In this document: positions 51,434-63,475 of the stretch, one piece after another | Layout of the letters: every line of letters starts with the position of its first letter | How positions within the stretch are numbered: position 1 is the stretch's first letter | DNA from: Podarcis tiliguerta | Taxonomy: Eukaryota | Direction: 5' to 3' (one strand) | DNA length: 64,000 nucleotides | NCBI GenBank assembly: GCA_965153285.1 | Contig: OZ229120.1 | The notes under the pieces: generated by a model | What the model saw: only the letters and a program-made list of their open reading frames with translations | Database searches by the model: none | What the model was told of the DNA's origin: nothing | Made by a program: the position numbers and the translations under genes

Positions 51434-51621
51434 TTTGCTGCTGCTTCATTAAGCATGCTTATATACTTCTTTGTTGAACAAAGCAATTCTGGAATTTCCA
51501 AAAGACTCTTCTGTAATAAAGGTGTTTGAACCTGAGTATGTATAGCCGGAACCAGTGCTGTGATTGTTGTTTCCAACTGAGAGAGTGTGCTGACTACCAG
51601 ATAGAACTCTTGAATGGAACA
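51434..51621 (-). CDS. MSH3: MSH3 exon 14
   Basis: CSIQEFYLVVSTLSQLETTITALVPAIHTQVQTPLLQKSLLEIPELLCSTKKYISMLNEAAA(K); 188 nt; ttcag| and AA|GTAAGT. Confidence 0.93.
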
Positions 51622-52442
51622 CTGAAATTAGAAACAATTGTAACTTCAAGGCTAATGTTTTCAAAATTAATGTTCCTTAGTTTCCTCCCAATTTTGGACA
51701 TTCATTGAAATATATGCACCCTGATTATACTTGCTGCTGGTATCACAATGGGAAGGGAACTTACATACATGCGATGCAGTCAAATTGGTGTCGTTTTAAT
51801 AATGTATAAATTAGCATGTCAATAATATTTTAATTTGTATTTTAATGCATAGCCTGAAACTGTAGGCCTACTACTCTACAGCATTATGAGGCAACTTGCT
51901 CAGCAAAGACTGAAGGAATCCATATTTTTTTATTAATCACATGAACAAAATACTTTTCTCAAGACACTGCTAATACTGAAACTGATTTAACCCTCCACTT
52001 AATGGTGGAATTCAAACATACTGCAACACGGCTGGGTCAGTCAGCGTATCAACCATTGAAGTGTGAATTGCCATGCAGTGTTTCAGGGCCATCTTGTCTG
52101 AATTAAATGAAAACAGATGTTGTGTACTCTTTCACCCCAATGACTTGTTTGTAGCTTCTTCTTTTTTACTGGAAAAGGGAGGGTCTCAATAAAGGCTTAA
52201 AAAAAAACTTTTGGGTAGTATTATGCTTAGTAATCAGGTATTTTATTTCAGGTATATATTTGACCCTGGGACTAGATTTACAGTGTTAATTTTTCTACTA
52301 ATGTAGGGTTAAATTATCTCCTTCCTTTCAATGTATGAATCTTAAACCTAAATTTCAAGGAAAAAATGCCAGTTTAAAACCATATTTTAATATAATAGAA
52401 TATAGTATTAATCATTTGTAGCTCCCCCCCTTTTTTTTTTAC

Positions 52443-52575
52443 CTTTTTGTGATAAATACTACAGAGTCCTCGTTCAACATCTGGCATCTTACATAGAAGG
52501 TGCTTTATTTGGCCAAAGACACTCGATTCTGATAGGAGAACCTCCGACACCGCATCAAGTCGAGAATTAATTTCA
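52443..52575 (-). CDS. MSH3: MSH3 exon 13
   Basis: [44 protein letters not shown]; MutS I..RLDAV and PD.ER motifs; 133 nt. Confidence 0.96.
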
Positions 52576-52833
52576 CTGTTAAAAAAGGATTATTTTACTA
52601 CAGGTTGAATGTTCTCTACAATATAAGAATTTCAGGATCTCTGTCTGGATCACCCCACTTAAGTGGGCTGAGTAGATAGAAGGCAAAGTTACATAAAGCA
52701 GCAAGTTTCTTAAAAGATCTTCAACACCATCAGAAAACAGTTTACAATGAAAATATTTAACCCAGAATAACCTTTGCTTATTCTGTGGATTTATATTCCC
52801 CACTGGCCACAGCATACACTCTTTCTTAGTTAA

Positions 52834-53433
52834 CTAGGGGCTGTACCACTGCTCACTCTGCCTGCTAACACCCCTGCAATTCCCTCCACATTAAAGCCCT
52901 AGAGCTTCCCCTTAACACAACATGCAACTGTTAAGCTTGCATTTCACTTTCCCAACCCCGTTTCTGAAGCCGCTTCTCTCTTCTAGTCTGCAATCCCCCT
53001 TTGCACCCATTTCCATCTTCACCCCCATGTCCATGCCTCCTCCTCCTTTTGTGCACCCTCCCCTTGCGCACACACGCGCGCGCGCACACACACACACACA
53101 GTAGCTTACTGCATCTTTTTCCTCTAGCACATTGCAACCATGAAGCATTGTTTTCACCTTCTGTCCAATTCTTAAGTGGCCATTCCTTCCTGTTCTTCAG
53201 ATTCTTTCATGGCCCTGCTTTCATCTTTAACCCCAATCCCATACCTCCAACCTTCTCCTTTTTTGCAACCTCCCTTGCACACCCATTTGCACCTTCAGTC
53301 TCTTTTCTCAACTCTCCTTTGCACATAGAGCACCCCTATTTCCATGCAATGTCCTGTCTCCTATTCTGCAGCTCCCTTTGCATGCGCACACGGCCATGAT
53401 GATATAAGTTACTGTATCTTTAAGATGAATAGA
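52834..53433 (-). mobile_element. Candidate non-autonomous Helitron
   Basis: Minus-strand 3' end CTAG|T, pyrimidine-rich body (plus strand) with recurring CCCTTTGCAC/CCCTTGCAC motifs, possible TC 5' end at 53433 or 53425; no TIR or TSD. Confidence 0.4.
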
Positions 53434-54930
53434 CTAACCCTAAATTCCTACACTGAATCTAGAACATCATGTTGAAGACAACACATGATACCAGAAGTGA
53501 AACATACTGTAGCACAGTATTATGGAGTATCTGAGGGCTCCACTTCCTTTATTTCTCAAACATGAAGCAGCTGGGGAACGGAAGAGGGTGAAGTTTAAAA
53601 CAGTCTTTCCCCCCCCCCCCCTTACCCTGTTCTTCCCTTCAGGGATATAGAGACACTCAAGAGTTTTTAAAAACAAACCAATTTTAACAAGAAGAAATAG
53701 CAGAGATGGGTACAATGCAGCAGCTAACACTTTCCCCCACTCCCTTATTGGGGTACTCAAACTTTGTTTTTAAACATTCATTTCCCCAACCCCCAGAGTC
53801 ACCCCTGCTCGCTCCACTGAAAGCTCTGTCATGTTTAAAATTGCTGCTTCTGCCTTCAGATTTACACCATCCCTGCTCTATTCAAACCTCTGTTGTTGTT
53901 TGAAACTATGTACCATTTTCCTCTGTGTGTTTTCATCCCTGCTTTATTAAAATCTTTGCTGCTCTGTTTTCCTCTTTATCTCCCCCCCCCCCCAATTCGA
54001 ATTTCTGGCACTCTTTTATGCCAACACTTTCCCCCCTCTCAGTTTTTCTCCCTTCTTGCTCCCATGTCAAGCTGATTATACTAATCTGTCTGGATAAACC
54101 AGCAATCAGGGGCTAGCTTAGTACCAGTTCAGAAATTAGGAGAGCCAATTCAACATACAGAACACACACACCCCTCTCTAAATTGAAGGATCTAGCATTA
54201 CATTTATGGGTAGCATTCCACCTGAGCTGGCCTTTTCAAAAAGCTGTGACTGTTATGATTCAAATGGAGGACCATTCTCTGAGTCAAAAGGCTTCAGACA
54301 TTTTCCCCCCTAGTTTTTGTATGGGTATTTAAAGGAGAACATAAATACATCTAAAAATACTAACTATATATCACATTGGGACTGGAAAAACATGTTTATG
54401 AACTCTGTTTATGAACACATAATATACTAACATGAAACAGTAAATGTAAACATACTACGACAGAGGAAAGATGAAACACTACCCGCGAAAGGTTAATCTG
54501 CACTTTAAATCATTTTCACATATGGCTATGCTACTATAGCTCTAGTAATCTAACACAAAAGAAGCATGCATACACTTTGCCTGCTGTAATCCTCAATATT
54601 TAAAAACCGGGTCAAGAGAACATCATCCAATATCAAGTGACCCATTTTTTTCACCTCACTATGTTTTTTAAACACTTTCCCAAGAATAATAAAACATAAG
54701 ACTCCATAGAGGATTATGTATGGGATAAATATGCCACTGTAAAAGGGCCATTTAAAACATTTTTGCTTCTACTACAATCTGTTGTAAATACAGTACAACA
54801 AATATTATGACAAACTAAATATTCAGATTGTATTATCTGAATTTTAGTTTGTTTTTATATCTATACTGCGCCTCGCATCATGTATATTGCCTACATTTTA
54901 TACAAACACAAATTGCGCTACAATATTATT

Positions 54931-55403
54931 TACAATCCAGAACGTGGCAGCCAGACTGGTGACTGGGAGCAGCCGCTGAGACCATATAACACGGTCTTGA
55001 AAGACCTACATTAGCTCCCAGTACGTTTCTGAGCACAATTCAAAGTGTTGGTGCTGACCTTTAAAGCCCTCAACGGCCTTGGTCCAGTATACCTGAAGGA
55101 GCGTCTCCACCCCCATCGTTCTACCCGGACACTGAGGTCCAGCACCGAGGGCCTTCTGGCGAGAAGCCAAGTTACAGGGAACCAAGCAGAGGGCCTTCTT
55201 GGTAGTGGCGCCCTCCCTGTGGAACGCCCTCCCACCAGATGTCAAAGAGAACAACAACTACCAGACTTTTAGAAGACATCTGAAGGCAGCCCTGTTTAGG
55301 GAAGCTTTTAATGTTTGATGTATTACAGTATTTTAATATTTTTTTGGAAGCCGCCCAGAGTGGCTGGGGAAGCCCAGCCAGATGGGCGGGGTATAAATAA
55401 TAA

Positions 55404-55404
<1 letters not shown>
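54931..55404 (+). mobile_element. L2-clade LINE 3' fragment, MSH3 intron 12
   Basis: Encodes a decayed IQNVAARLVTG...FKVLVLTFKALNGLGPVYLKERL, typical of the L2 ORF2 C-terminus, followed by 3'UTR and (TTA)n tail. Confidence 0.88.

Positions 55405-55452
<48 letters not shown>
55405..55452 (+). repeat. (TTA)16 microsatellite (L2 tail)
   Basis: Read directly from sequence. Confidence 0.95.
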
Positions 55453-55453
<1 letters not shown>

Positions 55454-57822
55454 GATTTACAGCAATTGAGATAGATGGATCAAACTTTCTCTATACTTTT
55501 AGCATAAAAGCTGCAACAGTCTTTTTTCTGTCAGGAAGCCCCTGAGTATGAACAACCATGTGGCTGGGGGACGGGGACAATATGGTCCATGCCAAAAGTG
55601 TGAGAGAAAGTTAAACAAAAACCCATGCAAAACCACCCATCTAATTCTGAGCCTGACAGACTCTTCAAGGAACTGCAGAACTATTACTAGGATGAAGTTT
55701 CCTTTTCTTCTCTCAACCTTCTAAGTAAAACATTAAAAACTTGAAACATCTTGAAACATACTACATATCCCCCAGCCCATTTCCAGCAATTTTAGAATGG
55801 CTCCTTTTGGGTTTTTTGTAGTATAATGGCACAGCTCTCTTCATATTTGCTAAACAATAGTGAAAATATTCATGAATGCATCTAGAGGGATGACTAGATC
55901 TGCATACTACTATCTCCACATTTGTTAAATAGCAATCAAGGGCTTTTGTTTTGCACAAGTAAAATGCAACTTCAGCAACAATCACCTTGAAAAAGGAAAC
56001 AACCAAATTTGTACAAATGAAGGATTTAAATGTTTGCCAAATACAGGTAATCTTATGCAAGGGTTATGTTCCTGGCTATCGAGTGTATAAGCAAAATTGT
56101 GTAAAGTACAGTACTAGGAAACCATTTCTTAAAATCGTTGCAATTACCAGTGAGGGATAAATGCAGCTCTTAGTCTTCCTCCTCTTTTTCCTCACTGGAT
56201 CAGGGGATGATATGAGGAAAGGGGGGATTGACCGATAGTTCAAAGGGGGGGGTCAAACTCTGACCCTTTCTCTGCCATATAAATCAGCTGCAGCTGTGGA
56301 TAATCTTTAAGTGTCTAGCATACGAGACAGGATCATTTTTCATACAAAGTTGTATTCATACCTCAATTGTAGAAGGAGAGGAGCCGTTGTCTATAGCATT
56401 ATGAAAAGCTATGTATGAGCAATTAGCCCAATATTGGGACATCAAGCTTCACACATGACTTCTATCTCTGATACAATGGTCCCTGTCTTACTCTCATGTC
56501 CCACTCCTATATTTTCCAAAAGAAAGTTTTAGTTCCAAAGTATTTACTGTATGTTGATCCAATTCTAAGCAGAATTACTACTGGGTCTAAATTAGGCTTT
56601 AGTCATACACATTCCATCCTTAGGGAGAGATGAGCCATTGAGTAGAATGCATCCGTAATGAAAAGCTGCAATCATCATAAATAATTCTGATCTACAATTA
56701 CAGCACATTTTGTTGCAACAACAGTCATTCATCATGATAAGTCAGGAGAGGAAGCTGCTGAATGCAAACTGATTAGGAAAAAAGATAAAGAGGCACATCA
56801 GCCGGTATCATAGTTTTCTCAACTTCCATTCATATATTACTGCAAAGAAAAAAAACTGCTGACTGGTAAGGATTTTACATAAAATTCTAAATTCTGAAAT
56901 TCAGTTAAATGACAACAACAAACAACTGCATGCTTCCAGCTAGCAGAATATTGTCTCCTACCAGTGGTCACTCCCCACTAGTACTATAACAGAGGAATGT
57001 CTCTCCCATTGTTTCCAACTGTTATCAAACTGAACTGCCAAGGGCAGACACTGACTCTTCTATAATTGTCACAATCACTGCACAGCTGAAAATAGTTCCT
57101 AGGATGAACATGTAAATAAGACACAGTAGTGAGTGATCCCCAATGGGCACAGCAGAAGTTAATTCTCAATAAATTTACACTGTAAGAGTATCTTATGGTA
57201 TTCCCTGTAAGAAAGCAAAACAAAACCCAACTACGTTAGAAGTGAAGCATTTTATTTATTGCCTTATGTTTCTGTTCTGGCCTTCCTCCCAATGGAAGCA
57301 CAGGGTGGCTAGCAATACAGAACATCACAATCAAAACAAATAAAATATTGTTAAAACACTGCATCAAATCTAAAAATGGAATCAGAACAAAGCAGCAACA
57401 CTAAAATCAACAAAACTATCTGTTACATCCCAACGCCTAGCCAATGAAGAGTTTTTATTTTATACCTAAGTATGGCCAAAGTCAAGAACAACTATATATT
57501 ATTCAAAAAGGAGTTCCATTAGACATAGAAATTAATGCTATTACACTGCCAGCATGTTTAAAGGATGCAGAAACAGGCAAATGCATTTTTTGTAACAGCC
57601 AAAACCTAAAAACACACTAAATTTTACATGGAGTATAAGAGCTGGAGTAGCAGAGCTGATCTGAAAGTTGGTAATTATTCCTCGAAGCTAGCAGTGTTTA
57701 ATTTAGCCTAAGAAGAAAATTAGGTGCATAGACTCTCATCGAAGGAAAAACAAGAGTATTATAACTTTAAAATAATCAATATCCAGCTCAGGTACTGGGT
57801 AGCAAAGTTTGGTAATGAATAC

Positions 57823-57932
57823 CTGGAATTCAAAAGAGGCTGTGTCACCCATTTCTTTAGTCTTCGTTGCCCAAATGAAGTTTTTGTATGATCCAAGACC
57901 CAAAACAGGCTGCCTTTTTTTTTCTTATCAGT
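57823..57932 (-). CDS. MSH3: MSH3 exon 12
   Basis: [36 protein letters not shown]; MutS GSL..LD.T.T.FG.R.L..W...PL motif; 110 nt. Confidence 0.96.
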
Positions 57933-58590
57933 CTGCAGTAATGACAGTGTTTTAGTCAATCAATTAAAACACATTTGAAAGAAAATATGGGAAATCTGAA
58001 CTTTAATAATCTTAGTTCTTTAAACATATTGTTTTTCATCAACATAAAATAATAAAGTATGATAAAAATGCACAACAAAATAAGTTTACCTTTTTCCTCA
58101 GAAACTCACATTTCCTTGAATGTCTGTGGATCCTTTTTTTGAAAAGTGGTGTTATAGTGGCTACCACAATCCCCCCATAAAGAGGTCAATGTTAATAATA
58201 TCTACACTTCTGAAAAGATTGTGCTCTTTGATAAATGACATTTGGTTCTAGCGGCCAATTACTTTGTCTTTTGTCTGTTTGTTCTACAACTTATTTCCAC
58301 ACATTATACATACTAATAACATCAATGCAGTGATTTGGATGTGAATCTCTTGAACTTCTGGGAAAAAAGTTTACTTTTTCTTTCTATAACTCCAGTGATT
58401 TTTGTGACTAGATTCCTGCTTTTGGTGTAAATGTTTATTTATTTATTTTATATCTTTAGCCATTTTTTTTTATCTTCAGTAAATTCCTTCTCTCCTTGGC
58501 TTATTTTCCATTTACAGTTTTGTTCCAAGTGTTTGTGCCTTTAATGGGCAAGAGCTTCACTTTTAAAAAGGAAGTCTTATCTTCAGTATA

Positions 58591-58868
58591 CAGTCATACC
58601 TTGTGTTGCATTAGGTTCATGTTGTGTCTTTTCGGCTTGCAAACGCAGCAAACCCGGAAGTGTATACTTCAGGGTTTTGCTGCGTGCGCATGAGCAGAAA
58701 CAAGTTTGAGCGCTTCACGCATGCACAGAAGCATTCTGAGCACTTCGCGCATGCACAAAGCGCTTTATCACGCTCCGTGCTTACACAGAAGCGCTGCTCT
58801 AGTTGCAGACTTTTCGGGGTGCGAACAGTACCCCGGAATGGATCGTGTCTGCAACTAGAGCTCCACTG
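58591..58868. mobile_element. TA-flanked MITE (Tigger-like), CpG-rich, in MSH3 intron 11
   Basis: TA|CAGTCATACCTTGTGTTGCA ... TGCAACTAGAGCTCCACTG|TA; internal repeats of GCGCATG...AGAAGC-like units. Confidence 0.65.
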
Positions 58869-59180
58869 TACTTATATCTGGCCTTTCATTCATCACAGAA
58901 TTAAAAATGACTAGACCAGGACCTGCTTAACTTCAACAAGCTGGCTGCATCATATGCCCTCAGAACATGCATGCCCTGCACCATGTTCTTCTTCTTGATG
59001 GGTATTAAATTATGCTGGCATCCTTCTAGAGTTGTACATTATCTGATAAAAAGACAGGGTACAAATCAAAACAATGAATATGTCACCTTGGTAAATGCAT
59101 TACCCCCAAACTGCATTTACTAAAGTACTGTGAACATAGGCTCAGAGGGAAATCAGGAGACTAGCTACTAATTTCTAACT

Positions 59181-59513
59181 CAGGGGTCCTCAAACTTTTT
59201 CAGCAGGGGGCCGATCCACTGCCCCTCAGACCTTGTGGGGGGCCGGACTATATTTTGGAAAGAAGAAAAAAAAAGAACGGCGGTGGAGGGATGATGAACA
59301 GCACGAGAAAAGGGCTCCGGAGGGGCTGGCAGCAACAAAGCCCAGCCCCCTTCCTCCTCTAGGCAGGACGGGGAGAAGCCAGGAGGGAGGGAGGAGGCGC
59401 CGCCGCCACCACCATTGTGTGAGGGAGAGGGAAAGAACGCGTGCATCTCCAGGCTGGATTTAGAAGGCAATTGGGCCTGATCCGGCCCATGGAGCTTAGT
59501 TTGCTGACCCATG
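59181..59513 (+). mobile_element. hAT MITE, OposCharlie1 (OC1)-like
   Basis: Starts CAGGGGTCCTCAAACTTTTT...GGGGGCC...CCCTCAGACC...GGGCCGGACTATA and ends AGTTTGCTGACCCATG; perfect TSD TTCTAACT at 59173-59180 and 59514-59521. Family name from recalled termini. Confidence 0.85.
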
Positions 59514-59733
59514 TTCTAACTGCTGACTCTTCCCTGAATATATTCCTTCCGAGAAAGAATAACAGAATCATAGGTCTCCTGTTTCAACTTACTTCCATTG
59601 TTAGAGCCTAGCTGGGGAAAATCTGACTAAACACAGGAAGCTAGGGGAGAACTGGTGTATGAAGAACACGTGCAATAATCCAAGACATGCTTCCCAAGCA
59701 AAGAAATGTGCAGGATGAAGCATACTTTCTTAC

Positions 59734-59818
59734 CTGATTCTGTAAGATTTCAAGATTATTTACTGTAGACCCATTAAGTATCATATATTCAGCTTCACTT
59801 GATAACTTCTTAAAATTA
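59734..59818 (-). CDS. MSH3: MSH3 exon 11
   Basis: NFKKLSSEAEYMILNGSTVNNLEILQNQ; conserved NLEI; 85 nt; CAG|GTAAGA. Confidence 0.95.
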
Positions 59819-59999
59819 CTGAAATAAAAAGCATTATTCCATAGTGATGACACAAAATAATTGCTTATTAAGCTTTAAAATAAAATCATGGCTTTGTATA
59901 TTGTTGGGGAAAGCACGTTAAGACATATGAAGGAGAAACAGCTTCTGGTAAACACATGTGAATCATTTTACTTCTGGGGAAAACTAATTTAAAATCAAC

Positions 60000-61100
60000 T
60001 ACCAATGTTAAAGTGAAAGCCTTTGCAGATGACTTGGTTTTAACAATGGAAGACCCATTAACTAGTGATAAAGAAGCACTAGAAGAAATAGAACAGTTCA
60101 GACAAGTAGCAGGTCTCAAATTAAAAAAAACAAAAACTAAAATGTTAGTTAAAAATATGAAACAAGATTTGGTGGCTATGCTGCAACAACAAACTGGTAT
60201 AGAAGTAGTAAAAAAAGTGAAATATTTGGTAATTTGGCTAACCCCAAAGAATATAATTTTTTTCCAAGATAATTAGACACCGATGTGGAATGGAGATTTG
60301 AGAGTGTGGGGACGGATGCAACTTTCTGTATAGGATAGGATGTCAGTCATTAAAATGAATGTGCTACCAAAACTGTTATTTTTGTTCCAATCAATTCCGA
60401 TAATCAAAGGGGCAGCTATATTTAAGGAGTGGCAGAAAATAATTTCAAGATGTATCTGGCAGGGGAAGAAACCAAGAATTAAATTTAAATTATTAACTGA
60501 TATTAGAGAAAGAGGGGGCTTTGCCTTGCCAGACTTGAAGGTATACTATGAACCACCCTGCCTTTGTTGGTTGAAGGAATGGATATTGTTAGAAAATACA
60601 GATTTGTTGGACTTAGAAGGATTTGACAATAGGTTTGGTTGGCACGTATATTTATGGTATGACAAAACAAAAGTGCATAAAGGATTTGGAAACCACATAT
60701 TCCGAAGAGTTCTATATGAAATTTGGGATAGGTACAAAAACCTATTAGAACGTAGTTGTCACCTTTGGAAACAATGAGTGTAAAAAAGATAAATATGAGT
60801 AAAACTTGGGGCACATATGAAAAGTTAGTAAGAGAAGAAGGAAATAACTGGAAAATTAAACCTTATGAAGAGGTAAAAGATGCATTTTTATCATCTGTGG
60901 TGGGAATGTAAGAAAGTGAAAGGCTTCTTGTAAATGATTTATAATGAGATGGAAAAGATGTTGAAATATACATTTATTAAAAAAACCAGAAGCATTTTTA
61001 CTTGGTATTGTAGGCACTGACATTAAAAGACAAGATAAAAAACTGTTTTTATATGCGACAACTGCAGCAAGAGTATTATTGACACAGAAGTGGTGATTTG
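60000..61100 (+). mobile_element. L1-clade LINE ORF2 fragment (decayed, internally deleted), antisense in MSH3 intron 10
   Basis: ORFs 60013-60276 (KAFADDLVL, RT catalytic motif; VKYL) and 60340-60777 (IKMNVLPKLLFLFQ, IWQGKKPRI, RGGFALPDLKVYY) are L1 ORF2 signatures, broken by stops and frameshifts. Confidence 0.9.
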
Positions 61101-61428
61101 ATAGAATAAGGATTTGCTTAAAAAATCCTCTCATAGCAGTTCTGCATTTAGTATTATAGTAGTTATAGGCAGAATTATAGGCAGTATAATAATCAGATAA
61201 GTAATTTTAAAAACCACTGCAAACATATACTTTTACATTTCTAAAGTTTTCCCACTTTTGTTAGCTTTAAATGCCTAGTTTATAGTGCATTATAGAACTT
61301 GTTTACAAGTGGGATATCACAAAAAGTACACTTATTTTATGAAAGGAAATTGGCCAGAGGATGCAAAATAATATCCCTACAGTACTCTTTGTTCAGGATT
61401 GTGATTTTCTGAAATTAAAAGTACTTAC

Positions 61429-61543
61429 CTTGGGTTGTAGAGTATCTTTTCTAAATTAAATTCCTTAAGATACATGATTACAGCAGCCAGGGAGCATAGC
61501 ACTGACTTATCCAAGTTTAAAACCACTGACAATGCTTGGGAAC
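61429..61543 (-). CDS. MSH3: MSH3 exon 10
   Basis: (G)[37 protein letters not shown]; 115 nt; AG|GTAAGT. Confidence 0.94.
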
Positions 61544-62548
61544 CTTAAAAATACAATTGTAATTTGTGTAGTTGTATTACAAGCAGCTTTTATTACAGCA
61601 ACATATAAAATCCAGTGTGTAGGAGCTCCTATTCTGCACTATATTTTAGCTCTCGCTCTAAATTGGCATCCTAATCACTACTACAACAAATATTTCTTTT
61701 GCCTACCTCATACTTATGGACAGTGCAGCAAAGATATCTCCTTCAGCGAGTTATTTGTGGTATTTTTACAATCTACACATTTAATGCCTTGTATTTGTTT
61801 GTGCATCTTGGGACAGGGAAAAACTGTGACACCTTACTGGGCAAGAAGAGTTATCAAATTCTGCATGATATATTGGATACAGGCAAGGGAAATAGCTTTG
61901 CTGCACGGGAAATAGTGGCTGTGCATTCCAGAGCTGGAGAGGAGGAGAAAGAGGAAAAGCAGTAGCATTGCTACTGAGGAATGGAAAGCCTTCCTGGTAT
62001 TTGCTTCCTTCAAATTCTTCAGCATATACTTTTGTATTACCACAAACGGGTACAAACACATGGGCAGGATCTTATGCCACTTATCTACAAGGTTCTGTAT
62101 ACTATGTAATAGGGGTTTATGTTACCATTGCAATGGAGCAAACTAGATAGAAAAAGAACCATATTTTTCACAGCAACCATTTATTACTGGGAAAATGAGA
62201 ATCCAAAAAATGTTGGGTGATATTCAATGTTACTGAGTATGACCTGGTTAGGACACACTGCAAGTATATTATATCATTTATATTATTAACATCATCATCA
62301 TCATCATCATCCCATATATAATATCAAAACCTTTCTTAACAGAAACAAGTTAACTAAGCATTTGTTACTTGACAAACTGGTTGCATGGAAACAGCCTAAG
62401 ACTGAAAACCTATACAAAATTACTTAGAAGCAAGTACCAATGAACTATGAATAGCTTGCTTAAGAATAGACATGTATAGGATTGCATTGCAAGAAATTAA
62501 TTAGGAAACTAACTTCGTCAAATCTCCTCTGAGACAAATACTCTAAGG

Positions 62549-62685
62549 CAGCCTTTCTCAACCTTGGGTCCCCAGATGTGTTTGGTCTACAACTCCCATC
62601 ATTGCTAGCTAGCAAGGCCAGAGTTCAGGAATGATGGGAGTTGTAGTCCAACAACATCTGGGGACCCACAGGTTGAGAAACACTG
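62549..62685. mobile_element. Hairpin hAT MITE with perfect 8-bp TSD
   Basis: CAGCCTTTCTCAACCT / AGGTTGAGAAACACTG; TSD CTCTAAGG at 62541-62548 and 62686-62693. Confidence 0.9.
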
Positions 62686-62897
62686 CTCTAAGGCACTGTC
62701 AAGATTCCTTCTGTGGCTCCCTTTCCAAAAGCAAACCAGGCCCAACTTGCTGCTCAACTGACTAGTAAAGAGTTTAGTTCTTGAATTATTCTTGGAGTTT
62801 TTATTTGAATAATCTGTAATTTAAAATTAATGTTTACTGGTTATCAAGAAATAAATATGGATGGAATGACCTCTCTGATTCTTCAATACTGCTATAC

Positions 62898-62898
<1 letters not shown>

Positions 62899-62933
<35 letters not shown>
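62899..62933 (+). repeat. (AC)n microsatellite abutting a MITE end
   Basis: About 17 AC units. Confidence 0.95.
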
Positions 62934-62936
<3 letters not shown>

Positions 62937-63193
62937 GATTCCAGCGTATAAGACGACTTTTTAACCCCAGAAAAGAGGTTAAAAAGTCGGGGGTCGTCTT
63001 ATACGCTGGGTACTACCTCCGAGGCAGCAGTGGGCGCCGGGCAGCTTCCTCCCAGCGTAGAGACTGCCGCCCACTGCTGCTTCGGAGGCTGCAAAAGCTG
63101 CTGCTGCAGCAGCAGTGGGCGGCGGGCCCCACTGCGCGCGGCTTCCTCCCAGCACCTTATACGTCCAGTCGCCTAATACGCCGGAATCTATCG
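62932..63193. mobile_element. Tc2/pogo-like MITE in MSH3 intron 9
   Basis: CAGTAGATTCCAGCGTATAAGACG ... CGCCTAATACGCCGGAATCTATCG|TA; internal inverted copy GTCGTCTTATACGCTGG; CpG-rich, so probably young. Confidence 0.7.
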
Positions 63194-63362
63194 TATATCC
63201 AAAACTCTATATATTAACAAGCACAATCTCAGAATATTAAAATCTACTTGTAAATTAAGGAAAATATGACACCGTGAAGTAACTTTTACAAAATAATAAA
63301 ATCCTATTTAATACAAATGAAAACTATTCATACAAATTTCAGTGTATTTCTGAATCAGTTAC

Positions 63363-63475
63363 CTTTACTATCAAGTACTCGATCTCCAAAGAAGTTTGTA
63401 ATCAGTTGGAAAGCATTGCTGTACTCAAAATGCTTGTTTTCCATCCTCTCTACCCTAATTCTGTCATCCTGTAAA
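63363..63475 (-). CDS. MSH3: MSH3 exon 9 (upstream exons lie beyond the window end)
   Basis: [37 protein letters not shown], cf. human [23 protein letters not shown]; 113 nt. Acceptor chosen by homology, since a second AG lies 7 nt further in. Confidence 0.92.

Noticed and set aside
60013-60777. Reverse-transcriptase-like ORFs as a nested gene or domesticated RT
   Set aside because: Interrupted by stops, frameshifts and internal deletions: a decayed L1 fragment.
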